64,000 bases of DNA, from assembly GCA_018696595.1 (NCBI GenBank), contig JABHQW010000005.1:1-64000 (forward strand), read 5' to 3'. Positions 26,924 through 37,036 of the stretch are shown one piece after another. This DNA comes from Candidatus Woesearchaeota archaeon (GTDB taxonomy: Archaea > Nanobdellota > Nanobdellia > Woesearchaeales > GW2011-AR9). Positions within the stretch are counted from its first letter, which is position 1, and every line of letters begins with the position of its first letter. A program made the translations under genes and the position numbers. The notes below the pieces were generated by a model, which did not search any database, was not told where the DNA came from, and saw nothing but the letters and a program-made list of their open reading frames with translations.

Positions 26924-27501
26924 AAATTGAAGAACGACTGGATAAGTTAAATGAAAAGTTACAGGAAACTCGTTTTTTAGAAATGAAAGGTCTTGGAAAT
27001 GAAGTTCCTTTTTATATATTTGATTATCCTGCTGAAAAAGAATTGTTAATTAGAGAAACTGTTGCTAAACTTAAAGATTCTTTTTTGAAAAAAGAAATTA
27101 ATATTCTAGAGATAAATTTATATGATTTAGTATTAGGTGTTTTGTTTGAAAGAATTCCTACTGAAAAAATTATTGATTATGAAAAAAAGAAAGGATCAAA
27201 CGAATTACTAAATAAGCTTCGACCTATGCTTAAAATAGATCTTGTTAAAGAAAAAATTGCTTCTCTTTTATCTAAAGAAAAATACAATATTATATTTTTA
27301 ACAGGAATTGGTAATGCTTGGCCATTAATCAGATCTCATAAAGTACTAAATAATCTACAATCTGTAATTAGTAAAATTCCTTTGGTTGTTTTTTATCCAG
27401 GCCACTATACTAAATATGATTTAAATTTATTTGGAAAGTTTAAAGATGCTAATTATTACCGTGCATTTAGATTAATAGATTATGCTGAGGAGGAGAATTA
27501 A
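26920..27501 (+). CDS. brxB: BrxB (DUF1788)
   Basis: GLGNEVPFYIFDYP..LTGIGNAWPLIRSH..VVFYPGHY..YYRAF. Confidence 0.92.
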   Translation: MKIEERLDKLNEKLQETRFLEMKGLGNEVPFYIFDYPAEKELLIRETVAKLKDSFLKKEINILEINLYDLVLGVLFERIPTEKIIDYEKKKGSNELLNKLRPMLKIDLVKEKIASLLSKEKYNIIFLTGIGNAWPLIRSHKVLNNLQSVISKIPLVVFYPGHYTKYDLNLFGKFKDANYYRAFRLIDYAEEEN

Positions 27502-27502
27502 A

Positions 27503-30500
27503 ATGGAAAATTCAATAAAAATCAAAGAAATGTTTACAAAAGATATTACACGAGATATTAATGGAGTAATTAAAGTAGATCAAAAGGATGAAAATCATGT
27601 TTATACTGAATTAGATGAATATGTAATCACCCAAGAAACTAGAAAATATTTTGATGTGTTCTTTGAGAGATTTATTGAATCAATAGATAGTCCTACTGAT
27701 AAAATTGGAGTATGGGTTTCAGGATTTTTTGGATCTGGTAAGTCTCATTTTATCAAAATGATTTCATATCTTCTTGAAAACAAGGAGATCAAAGGTAAAA
27801 AACCATTAGAGTTCTTTAAAGAAAAAATAAATGATCCTCAGATAACTAGTAATATTGAAAAAGCAGTAGGAAAAGGAACAAAAGATGTTATCTTGTTTAA
27901 CATTGATTCTAAAGCAAACTCAGCAGGTGCAGGTGCAGAACAAATAGTTAATGTGTTTATGAAAGTATTTAATGAAAAAAGAGGTTATCTTGGTGATGTA
28001 TTTTGGATTGCGGAGTTAGAAGAAGATTTAGATTATAAAGGGCTATATGATAAATTTAAAGAAGAGTTCAAAAAAATATCTGGCAACACTTGGGAATCAA
28101 AAAGAGAAGCATATGCATTTGAACAAGATGCAATCATAGAAGCACTTAATAAAATTGATTATCAAAGTAAAGAGTCTTTAGAAAGATTGTTTGAAAGTGA
28201 TGGAAGTTCTTATTCATTAAGTGTAGAAAAATTTGCTAATAAAGTTAAGAAATATTGTGATAAAAAAGGAAAGGATCATCAAGTTTTGTTCTTAGTGGAT
28301 GAAGTTGGACAATATATTGGAGAAAGTAGCGATTTAATGCTTAATTTACAAACAGTAGTAGAAGATTTAGGAACAAGATTACAAGGAAAGTCGTGGGTTA
28401 TAGTAACATCTCAGGCAGACATAGATACAATTACTAAAGAACAAGTAAAAGGAGGAGATTTTTCTAAGATTCAGGGAAGGTTTGGAAAACCTTTGAACTT
28501 ATCAAGTGCTAATGTTGATGAAGTTATAAAGAAAAGGCTTCTTGAAAAAACTCCAGAAATAAAGAAATCATTAGAATCTTATTATGGGGAGAAAGAAACT
28601 ATTCTTAAAAATTTAATCTCTTTTACACAAGGAACTGCTGAAATGAAAAGCTATTCTTCAGCAGAAGGATTTTCTGAAGTATATCCTTTTGTTCCATACC
28701 AATTTAATTTATTGCAGAAAGTATTTGATCAAATAAGAATCACAGGATTTACAGGAAAACACCTTGCAAAAGGTGAGCGTTCTATGTTAAGTGCGTTTAA
28801 AGAATCAACTGAAAACTTAGTTGAGAATTCAATGGGTATATTAGTTCCTTTTTCAGATTTTTACAATTCAATTGAAAGTTTTTTAGATCCAATAATCAAA
28901 AGAACTATTGATCATGCAAAAGCGAATACTAGATTGAATGAGCAAGATATAAAACTATTAGAAACTTTATTCTTAATTAAACATATTAAAGAAATTAAAA
29001 GTAATGTAGATAATTTAACTGTTCTTTCAATTAACAATATTGATGAAGATAAACTTCAATTAAAGAAAAGTATTATTGAAAGTTTAGATAAGCTTAAAGC
29101 AGAAACATTAATTCATCAATCTGATGATTGTTATTATTTTTTAACAAATGAAGAACAAGAAATTAATAAAGAAATTAAAAATCAAGATGTTGATAGACAT
29201 TCAGTTAGGGATGATATTTTTAATATTGTTTATGATGATATCTGTCCTCCAAAATATGGGATATACCAATTTAATAAAATTCTTGATGATAGAACCAAAC
29301 CAATTCAAAAAGCAGATCTTACAATAAAATTTGTGACTCCTCAATATGTAGAACCAATTTATAGTGATCAACAAAACATTGGTGGAAGTAAACAATGTAT
29401 CATAGATTCAACAGATACTTTGTTAATTATTTTTCCAGAAAATAGTGAGTTTGTAGAACAAATAAAAGAAAATAGAAAAATTAGCAGTTACTTAGCTCAT
29501 AAGTACTCTAATAGTCAACCAGATGTAATTAAAAAAATACTCGATGAGAAAACTGGAGAAAGAGATAAATTAAAAAGTCTTGCAAAAGAAAATATTAGAT
29601 CTAGATTAGTAGAAGCTGAAGTTTATATAGATAATACTAAAGTAGATCTTGATTTTAAAGATCCTGCAGACTTTATTAAAGAAGGATTAAAGATCCTAGT
29701 AGAAAATGTATATAGGAAAGCAGGACACATAACCCAGGAGTATGAAACAGAAGATGATCTTAGAAGAATTCTTCAAAACAATGATATGGAAAAATGGGGT
29801 ATTGGAAATACAACTAATGCTAATGCAATAAAAGAAGTTTTAGATTATATTAAAGCAAATCATGAACAAAATGTAAAACTTTTATTGGGAGAAATAAAAT
29901 CAAAATATACAAAGAAACCATATGGTTGGAAAGAGATGACTATTGCTGGAATTCTTACTATTCTTTACATAAAAGAAGATATTACAATCAAATATCAACA
30001 AGAAGTAGTTAGTTATGATGTAGATAAAGTAACAAAATATCTGTCAAAAAGAGATTATTCTGATAAAATCCGTATTGGTCTTCGTGAAAAAGCTGGAGAA
30101 CAAGAGATAAATGAAGTTAAAAAATTACTTAGAGAATTATTTGAGAAAACAGATATTCCTTCAACTGAAACTGATTTGTATAATTATACAAAAAAAGAAA
30201 TTGATGAATTACAAGCTTTTTGTAGTAGTACTTTGAATGAATATTCAATAAATTCATATCCTGGAAAAGAAGCAGTTGATAAACTTGAGAAATACTTAGG
30301 TGGTTATAAATTTTTAACTGAACCTAGTTTATTACTAAAACATCTTGCAGAAACAAAAGATGAATTTAAAGAGCTTCTTGAAGAAGTTAATCCTGTTAAG
30401 AATTTCTTTAAAAGTACTCAGATTAAGATATTTTCTGAAGGAAGAGAAAAATTAGAAAGATTCGAAAGAAACAAAGTTTATTTGACTGTAAAAGGTAAAA

Positions 30501-31024
30501 CTAACTTTGATGATTTGAAAAAAATAATTGATCTTCAATCACCATACAAAGAAATTAAAAATATTCCTTTACTAACAAAAGGTATAGAAACTGAATTAAG
30601 TTCTGTTGCAAAGGATAAAAAAACTAATTTGATATCTGCAGTTGATAATTCTGTTAAATTAGTACAAGAAGAATTAAACAAGCACACTAAACTTTCTGAA
30701 GACTTTAAGACAGCTATTTTTACAAGATTAAATGATCTTAAAGGAGTATTGGAAAAATCAGAAGATTGTACTCTAATAGTAAGTCAGAAAACAAGAATTG
30801 ACGAAACAAAAGGAACCCTATTTGAAGAAATAAGTCATGAAGTACAAAGAATTGCAGAAGAAGAAGGGAAGAAAGATACTAGAACAACAAAAAGCATTTC
30901 TGGGGGAGAGTTCTTTGGATATCCTAAAACCATTGAAAATGAAGAAGATATTAAAAAATATCTAAAAGAACTAGAAGAAAAACTTAAAGACCTAATTAAA
31001 AAGCAAAATCTGAGGGTTTACTAA
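27503..31024 (+). CDS. brxC: BrxC P-loop ATPase
   Basis: RDINGVIKVDQ, WVSGFFGSGKSHF, FLVDEVGQYI, VYPFVPYQF. Confidence 0.95.
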   Translation: MENSIKIKEMFTKDITRDINGVIKVDQKDENHVYTELDEYVITQETRKYFDVFFERFIESIDSPTDKIGVWVSGFFGSGKSHFIKMISYLLENKEIKGKKPLEFFKEKINDPQITSNIEKAVGKGTKDVILFNIDSKANSAGAGAEQIVNVFMKVFNEKRGYLGDVFWIAELEEDLDYKGLYDKFKEEFKKISGNTWESKREAYAFEQDAIIEALNKIDYQSKESLERLFESDGSSYSLSVEKFANKVKKYCDKKGKDHQVLFLVDEVGQYIGESSDLMLNLQTVVEDLGTRLQGKSWVIVTSQADIDTITKEQVKGGDFSKIQGRFGKPLNLSSANVDEVIKKRLLEKTPEIKKSLESYYGEKETILKNLISFTQGTAEMKSYSSAEGFSEVYPFVPYQFNLLQKVFDQIRITGFTGKHLAKGERSMLSAFKESTENLVENSMGILVPFSDFYNSIESFLDPIIKRTIDHAKANTRLNEQDIKLLETLFLIKHIKEIKSNVDNLTVLSINNIDEDKLQLKKSIIESLDKLKAETLIHQSDDCYYFLTNEEQEINKEIKNQDVDRHSVRDDIFNIVYDDICPPKYGIYQFNKILDDRTKPIQKADLTIKFVTPQYVEPIYSDQQNIGGSKQCIIDSTDTLLIIFPENSEFVEQIKENRKISSYLAHKYSNSQPDVIKKILDEKTGERDKLKSLAKENIRSRLVEAEVYIDNTKVDLDFKDPADFIKEGLKILVENVYRKAGHITQEYETEDDLRRILQNNDMEKWGIGNTTNANAIKEVLDYIKANHEQNVKLLLGEIKSKYTKKPYGWKEMTIAGILTILYIKEDITIKYQQEVVSYDVDKVTKYLSKRDYSDKIRIGLREKAGEQEINEVKKLLRELFEKTDIPSTETDLYNYTKKEIDELQAFCSSTLNEYSINSYPGKEAVDKLEKYLGGYKFLTEPSLLLKHLAETKDEFKELLEEVNPVKNFFKSTQIKIFSEGREKLERFERNKVYLTVKGKTNFDDLKKIIDLQSPYKEIKNIPLLTKGIETELSSVAKDKKTNLISAVDNSVKLVQEELNKHTKLSEDFKTAIFTRLNDLKGVLEKSEDCTLIVSQKTRIDETKGTLFEEISHEVQRIAEEEGKKDTRTTKSISGGEFFGYPKTIENEEDIKKYLKELEEKLKDLIKKQNLRVY

Positions 31025-34000
31025 TGAATAATAAGAAAACTTCATTATTTGCTGATACTTTAAGAGAGAAATTAAGAGCTGAAGTAATTGCAAAAGCTGG
31101 CAAATTAGGTTTTACATCATCAGGTATAGCTGATGTTAAAGAATATGAAGATTCAATAATTATTAATGGGCAAGTATTTGGAACAGATCTAAAAAAACAA
31201 AGAGCAGAATTTAAAGAAGTTATTCTAAAGAAAGGATATGAAGTTGTTATTGATGAAATTACTTATACTTGGTTTAATAGATTAGTTGCTTTAAAGTTCA
31301 TGAGTGAAAATGGATATGTTCCAATTAAAGTATTTAGTAGTTCTATTGAAGGAAATGCTGAACCAGATCTTCTTACAAACTGCCTTGACATAGATTTTAT
31401 GCAAATAGACAAAAAAAAGTTATTAGAACTTAAAACTGCTGGAGATGACGAAGAACTCTATAAGTTCTTAATATTATCATTATGTAATCATTTGAATACA
31501 ATCATGCCTTTCTTGTTTGAAAAAATAGCTGATTATACAGAACTAATGTTTCCAGAGAAATTATTACGAACAGATTCTATATTAGTGGATATTAATTCAA
31601 TAATTCCAACAGAAGATTGGAAAGAAGTAGAAGTAATTGGATGGTTGTATCAAGATTATATTAACCCAAGAAAAGATGAAGTATTTGCAAAACTAAAGAA
31701 AAATGTTAAGATTTCAAAAGAAAATATTCCTGCTGCAACTCAATTGTTTACTCCTAAATGGATTGTTAAATATCTAGTTGAAAACTCAGTTGGCAGATTA
31801 TGGTTAGAATCAAATCCAAATGCTGATTTGCAAAGTAAATTAAAATATTTTATTGATCAAGAATTTGAAGTTCCTTCTGATAAAGTTGTTTCTCCTGAAG
31901 AAATAACAGTATTAGATCCTGCAATGGGATCAGGACACATGCTCGTATATGCATTTGAAGTTTTATTTAATATTTACAAATCTCAAGGATATACTGAATC
32001 TGAAATTGCACAAACAATAATTAATGAGAACTTGTATGGCCTTGAAATAGATAACAGATCAACACAACTTGCAGGATTTGCAGTAGTAATGAAAGCAAGA
32101 GAATATGATAAGGACTTATTTTCAAAAGAAATTGATCTTAATCTAGTAGCAATACAAGAAACACCATTAGAATGTCCAATAGATGAGAAAAAATATCCAG
32201 AACTTTCACATTTATGGAAGTTTTTTTACGATGCAAAGAACTATGGATCCATCTTGAATGTAGAAGGCTATGATTTCAATAAAATAGATGAAGAATATTT
32301 ATCTTTTATCAAAAGTTATTCCTTAACAGCACACTTTGATAGAGAACTAATTGCAGGAATCATTAAACAAGCAAAGATCATGAGTGCAAAGTATGATGTG
32401 GTTGTTACAAATCCCCCTTATATGGGGACTAAGGGAATGAATATTGATTTAAGAGATTATGCAAAAAAACATTTCCCAAATACTAAATCAGATTTGATGA
32501 CTATTTTTATGGAAAAAGGACTTCTGCTGTGTAATAAACGAGGTTATATGGCCATGATTAATATACCTTCGTGGATGTTTTTATCAAGTTACACATTATT
32601 CAGAAAAGAATTACTTTTAAATAATTATATTTCATCAATTTTGTTAAATGGAAGGGGTGTTTTTGGATCAGATTTTGGATCTGTAACATTTGTTTTTAAA
32701 AAGGAATTAATTAATAAAAACAGTATATTTCGAAAATTATATGATAATCCTGTATCTGTAAGAAATAATGAAGTTATCAAATCAATCTTTTTAAATAAAG
32801 AGGATAAACGATATATTTTAAAACAAGAATCTTTTTTAAAAATACCAGGTAATACTTTTGCATTTTGGATTTCTGAAAAAATATTAGATCATTTTGAGAA
32901 ATGTACCCCCTTAAGAAATGAATCAGTACCGAGGCAAGGTTTAGCTACAGGCGACAATGATTCTTTTTTAAGATTTTGGCAAGAAATATCTCTAAAAACA
33001 ATTTCATTTAATTCAAAAGATATTAATACCTTTCATAATTCTAATAAAATGTATGCTCCATATAGTAAAGGGGGAGAATTTAGAAAATGGTATGGCAATA
33101 ATGAATTATTAATTAAATTTGATAAAAATTCATTTGAAAAATTATCAAATCAAGGAAACAATTTACCTTCAAAACAATATTATTTTAAAGAAGCACTAAC
33201 TTGGTCATTTATAGGTAGAACTGCTCTAGGTGTGAGATATAGAAAAAAAGGATCAGTTTTTGATGTACAAGGTTCTTCAATATTCCCAAAGTCTCAGATG
33301 ATTTTATACATACTTGGATTTATGTGCTCTAGATTAGTTAATGAATTTATTTCTATTTTAAATCCTACTATGAGTTTCCAAGTTGGCAACATCGGAGATT
33401 TACCAATAATCTTTCCATCTGATGACGCAATAAAACAAAAGATTGATCAACTAACTCAAGAGAACATCGACATCTCAAAAGAAGAATGGGATTCTCGAGA
33501 GACTTCTTGGGATTTTAAGGTTAACGAATTAATCAAACATAAAGATGAGTCTAATAAGTTAGATGTTGCTTTTAGAAACTATTGTGAGTATTGGAAAGAG
33601 AAGTTTTTCAAGCTACACAAAAATGAGGAAGAACTAAACCAGTTATTCATAGATATTTATGATCTTAATGATGAGCTTGACAATAAAGTTCCTTTAAATG
33701 AAATTACTATTCTAAAAGAAGAGTCTGAGATTAAAGATGATCAATTAGTTTTCAAAAAAGAAGTTATTGTTAAGCAATTCTTGTCATACATTGTTGGTTG
33801 TATGTTTGGAAGATATAATCCTGAAAAAGAAGGGTTAATACTTGCTAATCAAGGAGAAACAATAAGTGATTTTCCAATACAATCTCAGTTTAAACCAGAT
33901 GATGACAATCTCATCCCAGTAACAGATAAAGATTATTTCCCTGATGATATTGTTGGAAAAGTAAAAGAGTTCCTAAAAACATATTTCGGAGCAAACAATA

Positions 34001-34449
34001 TTACTGAAAATTTAGATTTTATAGCATCAGGACTCAAGGGATCTGGATCATCTGAAGAAAAGATTAGAAGATACTTCCTAAAAGACTTCTTTAATGATCA
34101 TAAAAAGACATACAAGAAAAAACCTATTTACTGGTTGTTTACATCTGGAAAAAATCAAGGTTTTAACACATTAATCTACATGCACAGATACAATAAAGAA
34201 TTATTGGCAAAAATGAGAATGGATTATTTACATGAATTACAAGGTAAGATAGAAGCAAATATTAGCACAATTAGAGATGATGATGCAAGATCACAAAGAG
34301 AAAAAGAAGATTTGTCAAGACAATATGAAGAGATGAAGAAGTATGATGAATTATTGAATCATAAAGCTTCAGAATATATCGAGATTGATCTAGATGATGG
34401 CGTAACAGTTAATCATGCTAAATTCAAAGATCTTGTGGAGAGTATTTAA
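31024..34449 (+). CDS. pglX: BREX-1 adenine methyltransferase PglX (BrxX)
   Basis: YTWFNRLVAL, PAATQLFTPKWIV, DPAMGSGH, NPPY, KKPIYWLF, DLDDGV. Confidence 0.95.
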   Translation: MNNKKTSLFADTLREKLRAEVIAKAGKLGFTSSGIADVKEYEDSIIINGQVFGTDLKKQRAEFKEVILKKGYEVVIDEITYTWFNRLVALKFMSENGYVPIKVFSSSIEGNAEPDLLTNCLDIDFMQIDKKKLLELKTAGDDEELYKFLILSLCNHLNTIMPFLFEKIADYTELMFPEKLLRTDSILVDINSIIPTEDWKEVEVIGWLYQDYINPRKDEVFAKLKKNVKISKENIPAATQLFTPKWIVKYLVENSVGRLWLESNPNADLQSKLKYFIDQEFEVPSDKVVSPEEITVLDPAMGSGHMLVYAFEVLFNIYKSQGYTESEIAQTIINENLYGLEIDNRSTQLAGFAVVMKAREYDKDLFSKEIDLNLVAIQETPLECPIDEKKYPELSHLWKFFYDAKNYGSILNVEGYDFNKIDEEYLSFIKSYSLTAHFDRELIAGIIKQAKIMSAKYDVVVTNPPYMGTKGMNIDLRDYAKKHFPNTKSDLMTIFMEKGLLLCNKRGYMAMINIPSWMFLSSYTLFRKELLLNNYISSILLNGRGVFGSDFGSVTFVFKKELINKNSIFRKLYDNPVSVRNNEVIKSIFLNKEDKRYILKQESFLKIPGNTFAFWISEKILDHFEKCTPLRNESVPRQGLATGDNDSFLRFWQEISLKTISFNSKDINTFHNSNKMYAPYSKGGEFRKWYGNNELLIKFDKNSFEKLSNQGNNLPSKQYYFKEALTWSFIGRTALGVRYRKKGSVFDVQGSSIFPKSQMILYILGFMCSRLVNEFISILNPTMSFQVGNIGDLPIIFPSDDAIKQKIDQLTQENIDISKEEWDSRETSWDFKVNELIKHKDESNKLDVAFRNYCEYWKEKFFKLHKNEEELNQLFIDIYDLNDELDNKVPLNEITILKEESEIKDDQLVFKKEVIVKQFLSYIVGCMFGRYNPEKEGLILANQGETISDFPIQSQFKPDDDNLIPVTDKDYFPDDIVGKVKEFLKTYFGANNITENLDFIASGLKGSGSSEEKIRRYFLKDFFNDHKKTYKKKPIYWLFTSGKNQGFNTLIYMHRYNKELLAKMRMDYLHELQGKIEANISTIRDDDARSQREKEDLSRQYEEMKKYDELLNHKASEYIEIDLDDGVTVNHAKFKDLVESI

Positions 34450-34450
34450 G

Positions 34451-37024
34451 ATGGCAAATGTAGAAAAAACAATAAAAGGATTACTATCTAAATTTAACGC
34501 CAGAGAATCTTATGAAACTAGAAAAATTGTTTTTTGGTATGATACAGATAAAACAGCAAAAGAAGAAGATATCAAAGAAATTCAATCAGAACTAGAAAAA
34601 CAAGATATTAAAATAGTAATCTTAAAAAATAACTTTTTTGAAATAAAAAAGATTATAGAACATGACAATCCAGAATCTAACTTCCTAGTTTATTCTCAAG
34701 AAAACGAAAAGAAATATGAAGAAAATTGGTTATTAGATGTTCAATTATACTCAACAAGGTTTGAAAATAGCCGAGTTGCAGATGTAAAAAGTATTTTTAA
34801 TATAGATGGATCCAAATTGGATAAATTTATTGATGCACATTATAACTTTTTTCAAAGCAAAACAAGAGTTGAGCTATTAATACAACTCTATCATCCCTCA
34901 TGGGATGAAAGTGATTTTGAAAAAGGATTATTAGCAGTTATAACAAGAACAAAAGTTCTTGATACAAATAGTATTGTTAGGAATTTATTAATAAAGTCAT
35001 TAGAAGAACAAGAAAATGAATTTTGGTTGGATATTGAAAAGTATAACATTTCTTCTTCGTTTTGGGATTTAGTAAAAAATACTTATGGATATAAATCAGA
35101 TTATCCAAAGCTATCAAAATTATTTTATAGTTTTATAGTAACACATATTGAATATCATACAAAAACAATCCTTAAAGGATATAATTCATATATTAATGAA
35201 AGAAAAAATGATTGTGAAGTATTTTTAAACAGTTGGATTAGAGATTCTGAAAATCTAAAAGCATATCAAGAATATGCATCTCATTTTGAAGAATCAAATT
35301 TTGATGATTTAAGATCTCAATTTGATAAAAAGACTAATAAGGATATCTGTGAGGCTGAAGCATTGGAATTCTTTGATAAAGCTTTGATCATAAACATTTC
35401 AAATCAGTTGTCTAATAATGGTCAGAATTATTCATCATATAAAGAATTAATAGAACATAGAAAAGGAAAGGTTTGGTATAAAAATTATAAGCCAGTATAT
35501 CAAGCATTAGATAGTGCTATTTCTTTATTTGAATTTATTTCAGGAGAAAAGATTGATCCTAATTCATTATCTAAATTATATTCCTTATACAAAACTAAAT
35601 ATCATAAAGCAGATTATTATTATAGAAAATTCTATGAGCATTTTGATCAATGTAAAAGTGACATACTTAAGAAGAAATTGCGTTCTGAAGTAGAAAAGAT
35701 ATATCATAACAAATTTTTAGATAGATTTATTGAAATTTGGACAAATGCAGTAACTTCTGAAAATAAAAAGGATTGGAGTATTGGATCTAATTCAACACAA
35801 AATGAGTTTTATGATTTGTATGTTAAAAAGTATGCATCTAAAAAAAATAAAGTAGTAATTATAATTTCTGATGCTTTGAGATATGAAGTTGCAAATGAAT
35901 TAAAAAATAAATTAAATGTCCAATTAAGGGGGTCAACAGAGATTAAAGACTTAGTTGGAGTAGTTCCTTCTTGTACTAAAATTGGTATGGCTTCATTATT
36001 ACCTCACAAAACTTTAAACTATAATCAAGGAACAGTATCCTGCGATGGTATTAACACTCAAGGAATCAAAAATAGAGAAAAAATACTACAAAACAAGAAT
36101 AATGATTCAATAGCAATTAATTACAAAGAATTAATTAGACTAACACGACAACAAACAAGAGATTTATTTAGAGGAATGAATGTAGTATACATTTATCATA
36201 ATAAGATTGATGATGTTGGTGATAATGCTAATTCAGAAAATGAAGTATTTAGTGCATGTAAGAATGCAATTGATGAAATAAAAACTTTAATCAATGATTT
36301 AACTAATTCAATTTCATTAGCAAATATAATTGTAACTGCAGATCATGGGTTTATATATAAGAGAGAAACATTAAAAGATGTAGATAAAGTTGAATTGAAC
36401 AGATTTAATAGAACAAATATTGTTGATTCTTCAAAAAGATATGTTGTTACTAATGAAAATATCGATATGGATAATGTTCATAAATTCTCGTTAGATTATG
36501 CAGAAGGAGATCTTTTAGTATATGTACCTAAAGGTAATTTGAGATTTAAAACTCAAGGTGCTGGAGTTAACTTTGTTCATGGAGGAATAACTCCTCAAGA
36601 AATAACAATTCCTGTCTTAGTGTATAAACATACTAGATCTGACAAAGATTTAGATAAAAAGAATGTTAAACATGGATATGTGAATGTAACTTTATTAAAT
36701 ACTTCTAGAAAAATAACCACTAACATAACTCCAATTAACTTGTATCAAACTGAGAAAGTAACTGAAAAATTAAAACCAATTAAATGCAAAATTTCTTTGA
36801 TTGATCCAGATACTAAAGAAAAAGTTAGTGATGAAAAAACATTAATTATTGATAGCGGTTCAGAAAATCCAGATAGAAGAAAATACAATACAAATCTTAC
36901 ACTTAAATCATCTGTTGAAAATAAAAAACATCTATTAAGGATATTAAAAGTTGAAGAGGAAAAAGAAGAATTAATTCAATTTGATATAGATTTAGCTATG
37001 ACAAATGATTTTGATGATTTTTAG
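34451..37024 (+). CDS. pglZ: PglZ (BrxZ) alkaline-phosphatase-family nuclease
   Basis: RKIVFWYD, IISDALRYEV, VPSCTKIGMASLLP, TADHGF, FVHGGITPQE. Confidence 0.95.
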   Translation: MANVEKTIKGLLSKFNARESYETRKIVFWYDTDKTAKEEDIKEIQSELEKQDIKIVILKNNFFEIKKIIEHDNPESNFLVYSQENEKKYEENWLLDVQLYSTRFENSRVADVKSIFNIDGSKLDKFIDAHYNFFQSKTRVELLIQLYHPSWDESDFEKGLLAVITRTKVLDTNSIVRNLLIKSLEEQENEFWLDIEKYNISSSFWDLVKNTYGYKSDYPKLSKLFYSFIVTHIEYHTKTILKGYNSYINERKNDCEVFLNSWIRDSENLKAYQEYASHFEESNFDDLRSQFDKKTNKDICEAEALEFFDKALIINISNQLSNNGQNYSSYKELIEHRKGKVWYKNYKPVYQALDSAISLFEFISGEKIDPNSLSKLYSLYKTKYHKADYYYRKFYEHFDQCKSDILKKKLRSEVEKIYHNKFLDRFIEIWTNAVTSENKKDWSIGSNSTQNEFYDLYVKKYASKKNKVVIIISDALRYEVANELKNKLNVQLRGSTEIKDLVGVVPSCTKIGMASLLPHKTLNYNQGTVSCDGINTQGIKNREKILQNKNNDSIAINYKELIRLTRQQTRDLFRGMNVVYIYHNKIDDVGDNANSENEVFSACKNAIDEIKTLINDLTNSISLANIIVTADHGFIYKRETLKDVDKVELNRFNRTNIVDSSKRYVVTNENIDMDNVHKFSLDYAEGDLLVYVPKGNLRFKTQGAGVNFVHGGITPQEITIPVLVYKHTRSDKDLDKKNVKHGYVNVTLLNTSRKITTNITPINLYQTEKVTEKLKPIKCKISLIDPDTKEKVSDEKTLIIDSGSENPDRRKYNTNLTLKSSVENKKHLLRILKVEEEKEELIQFDIDLAMTNDFDDF

Positions 37025-37036
37025 GAGGGTAAAAAA

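Noticed and set aside
31410-31418. A8 homopolymer in pglX as a phase-variation tract
   Set aside because: Such runs are common in this AT-rich region and the ORF is intact.
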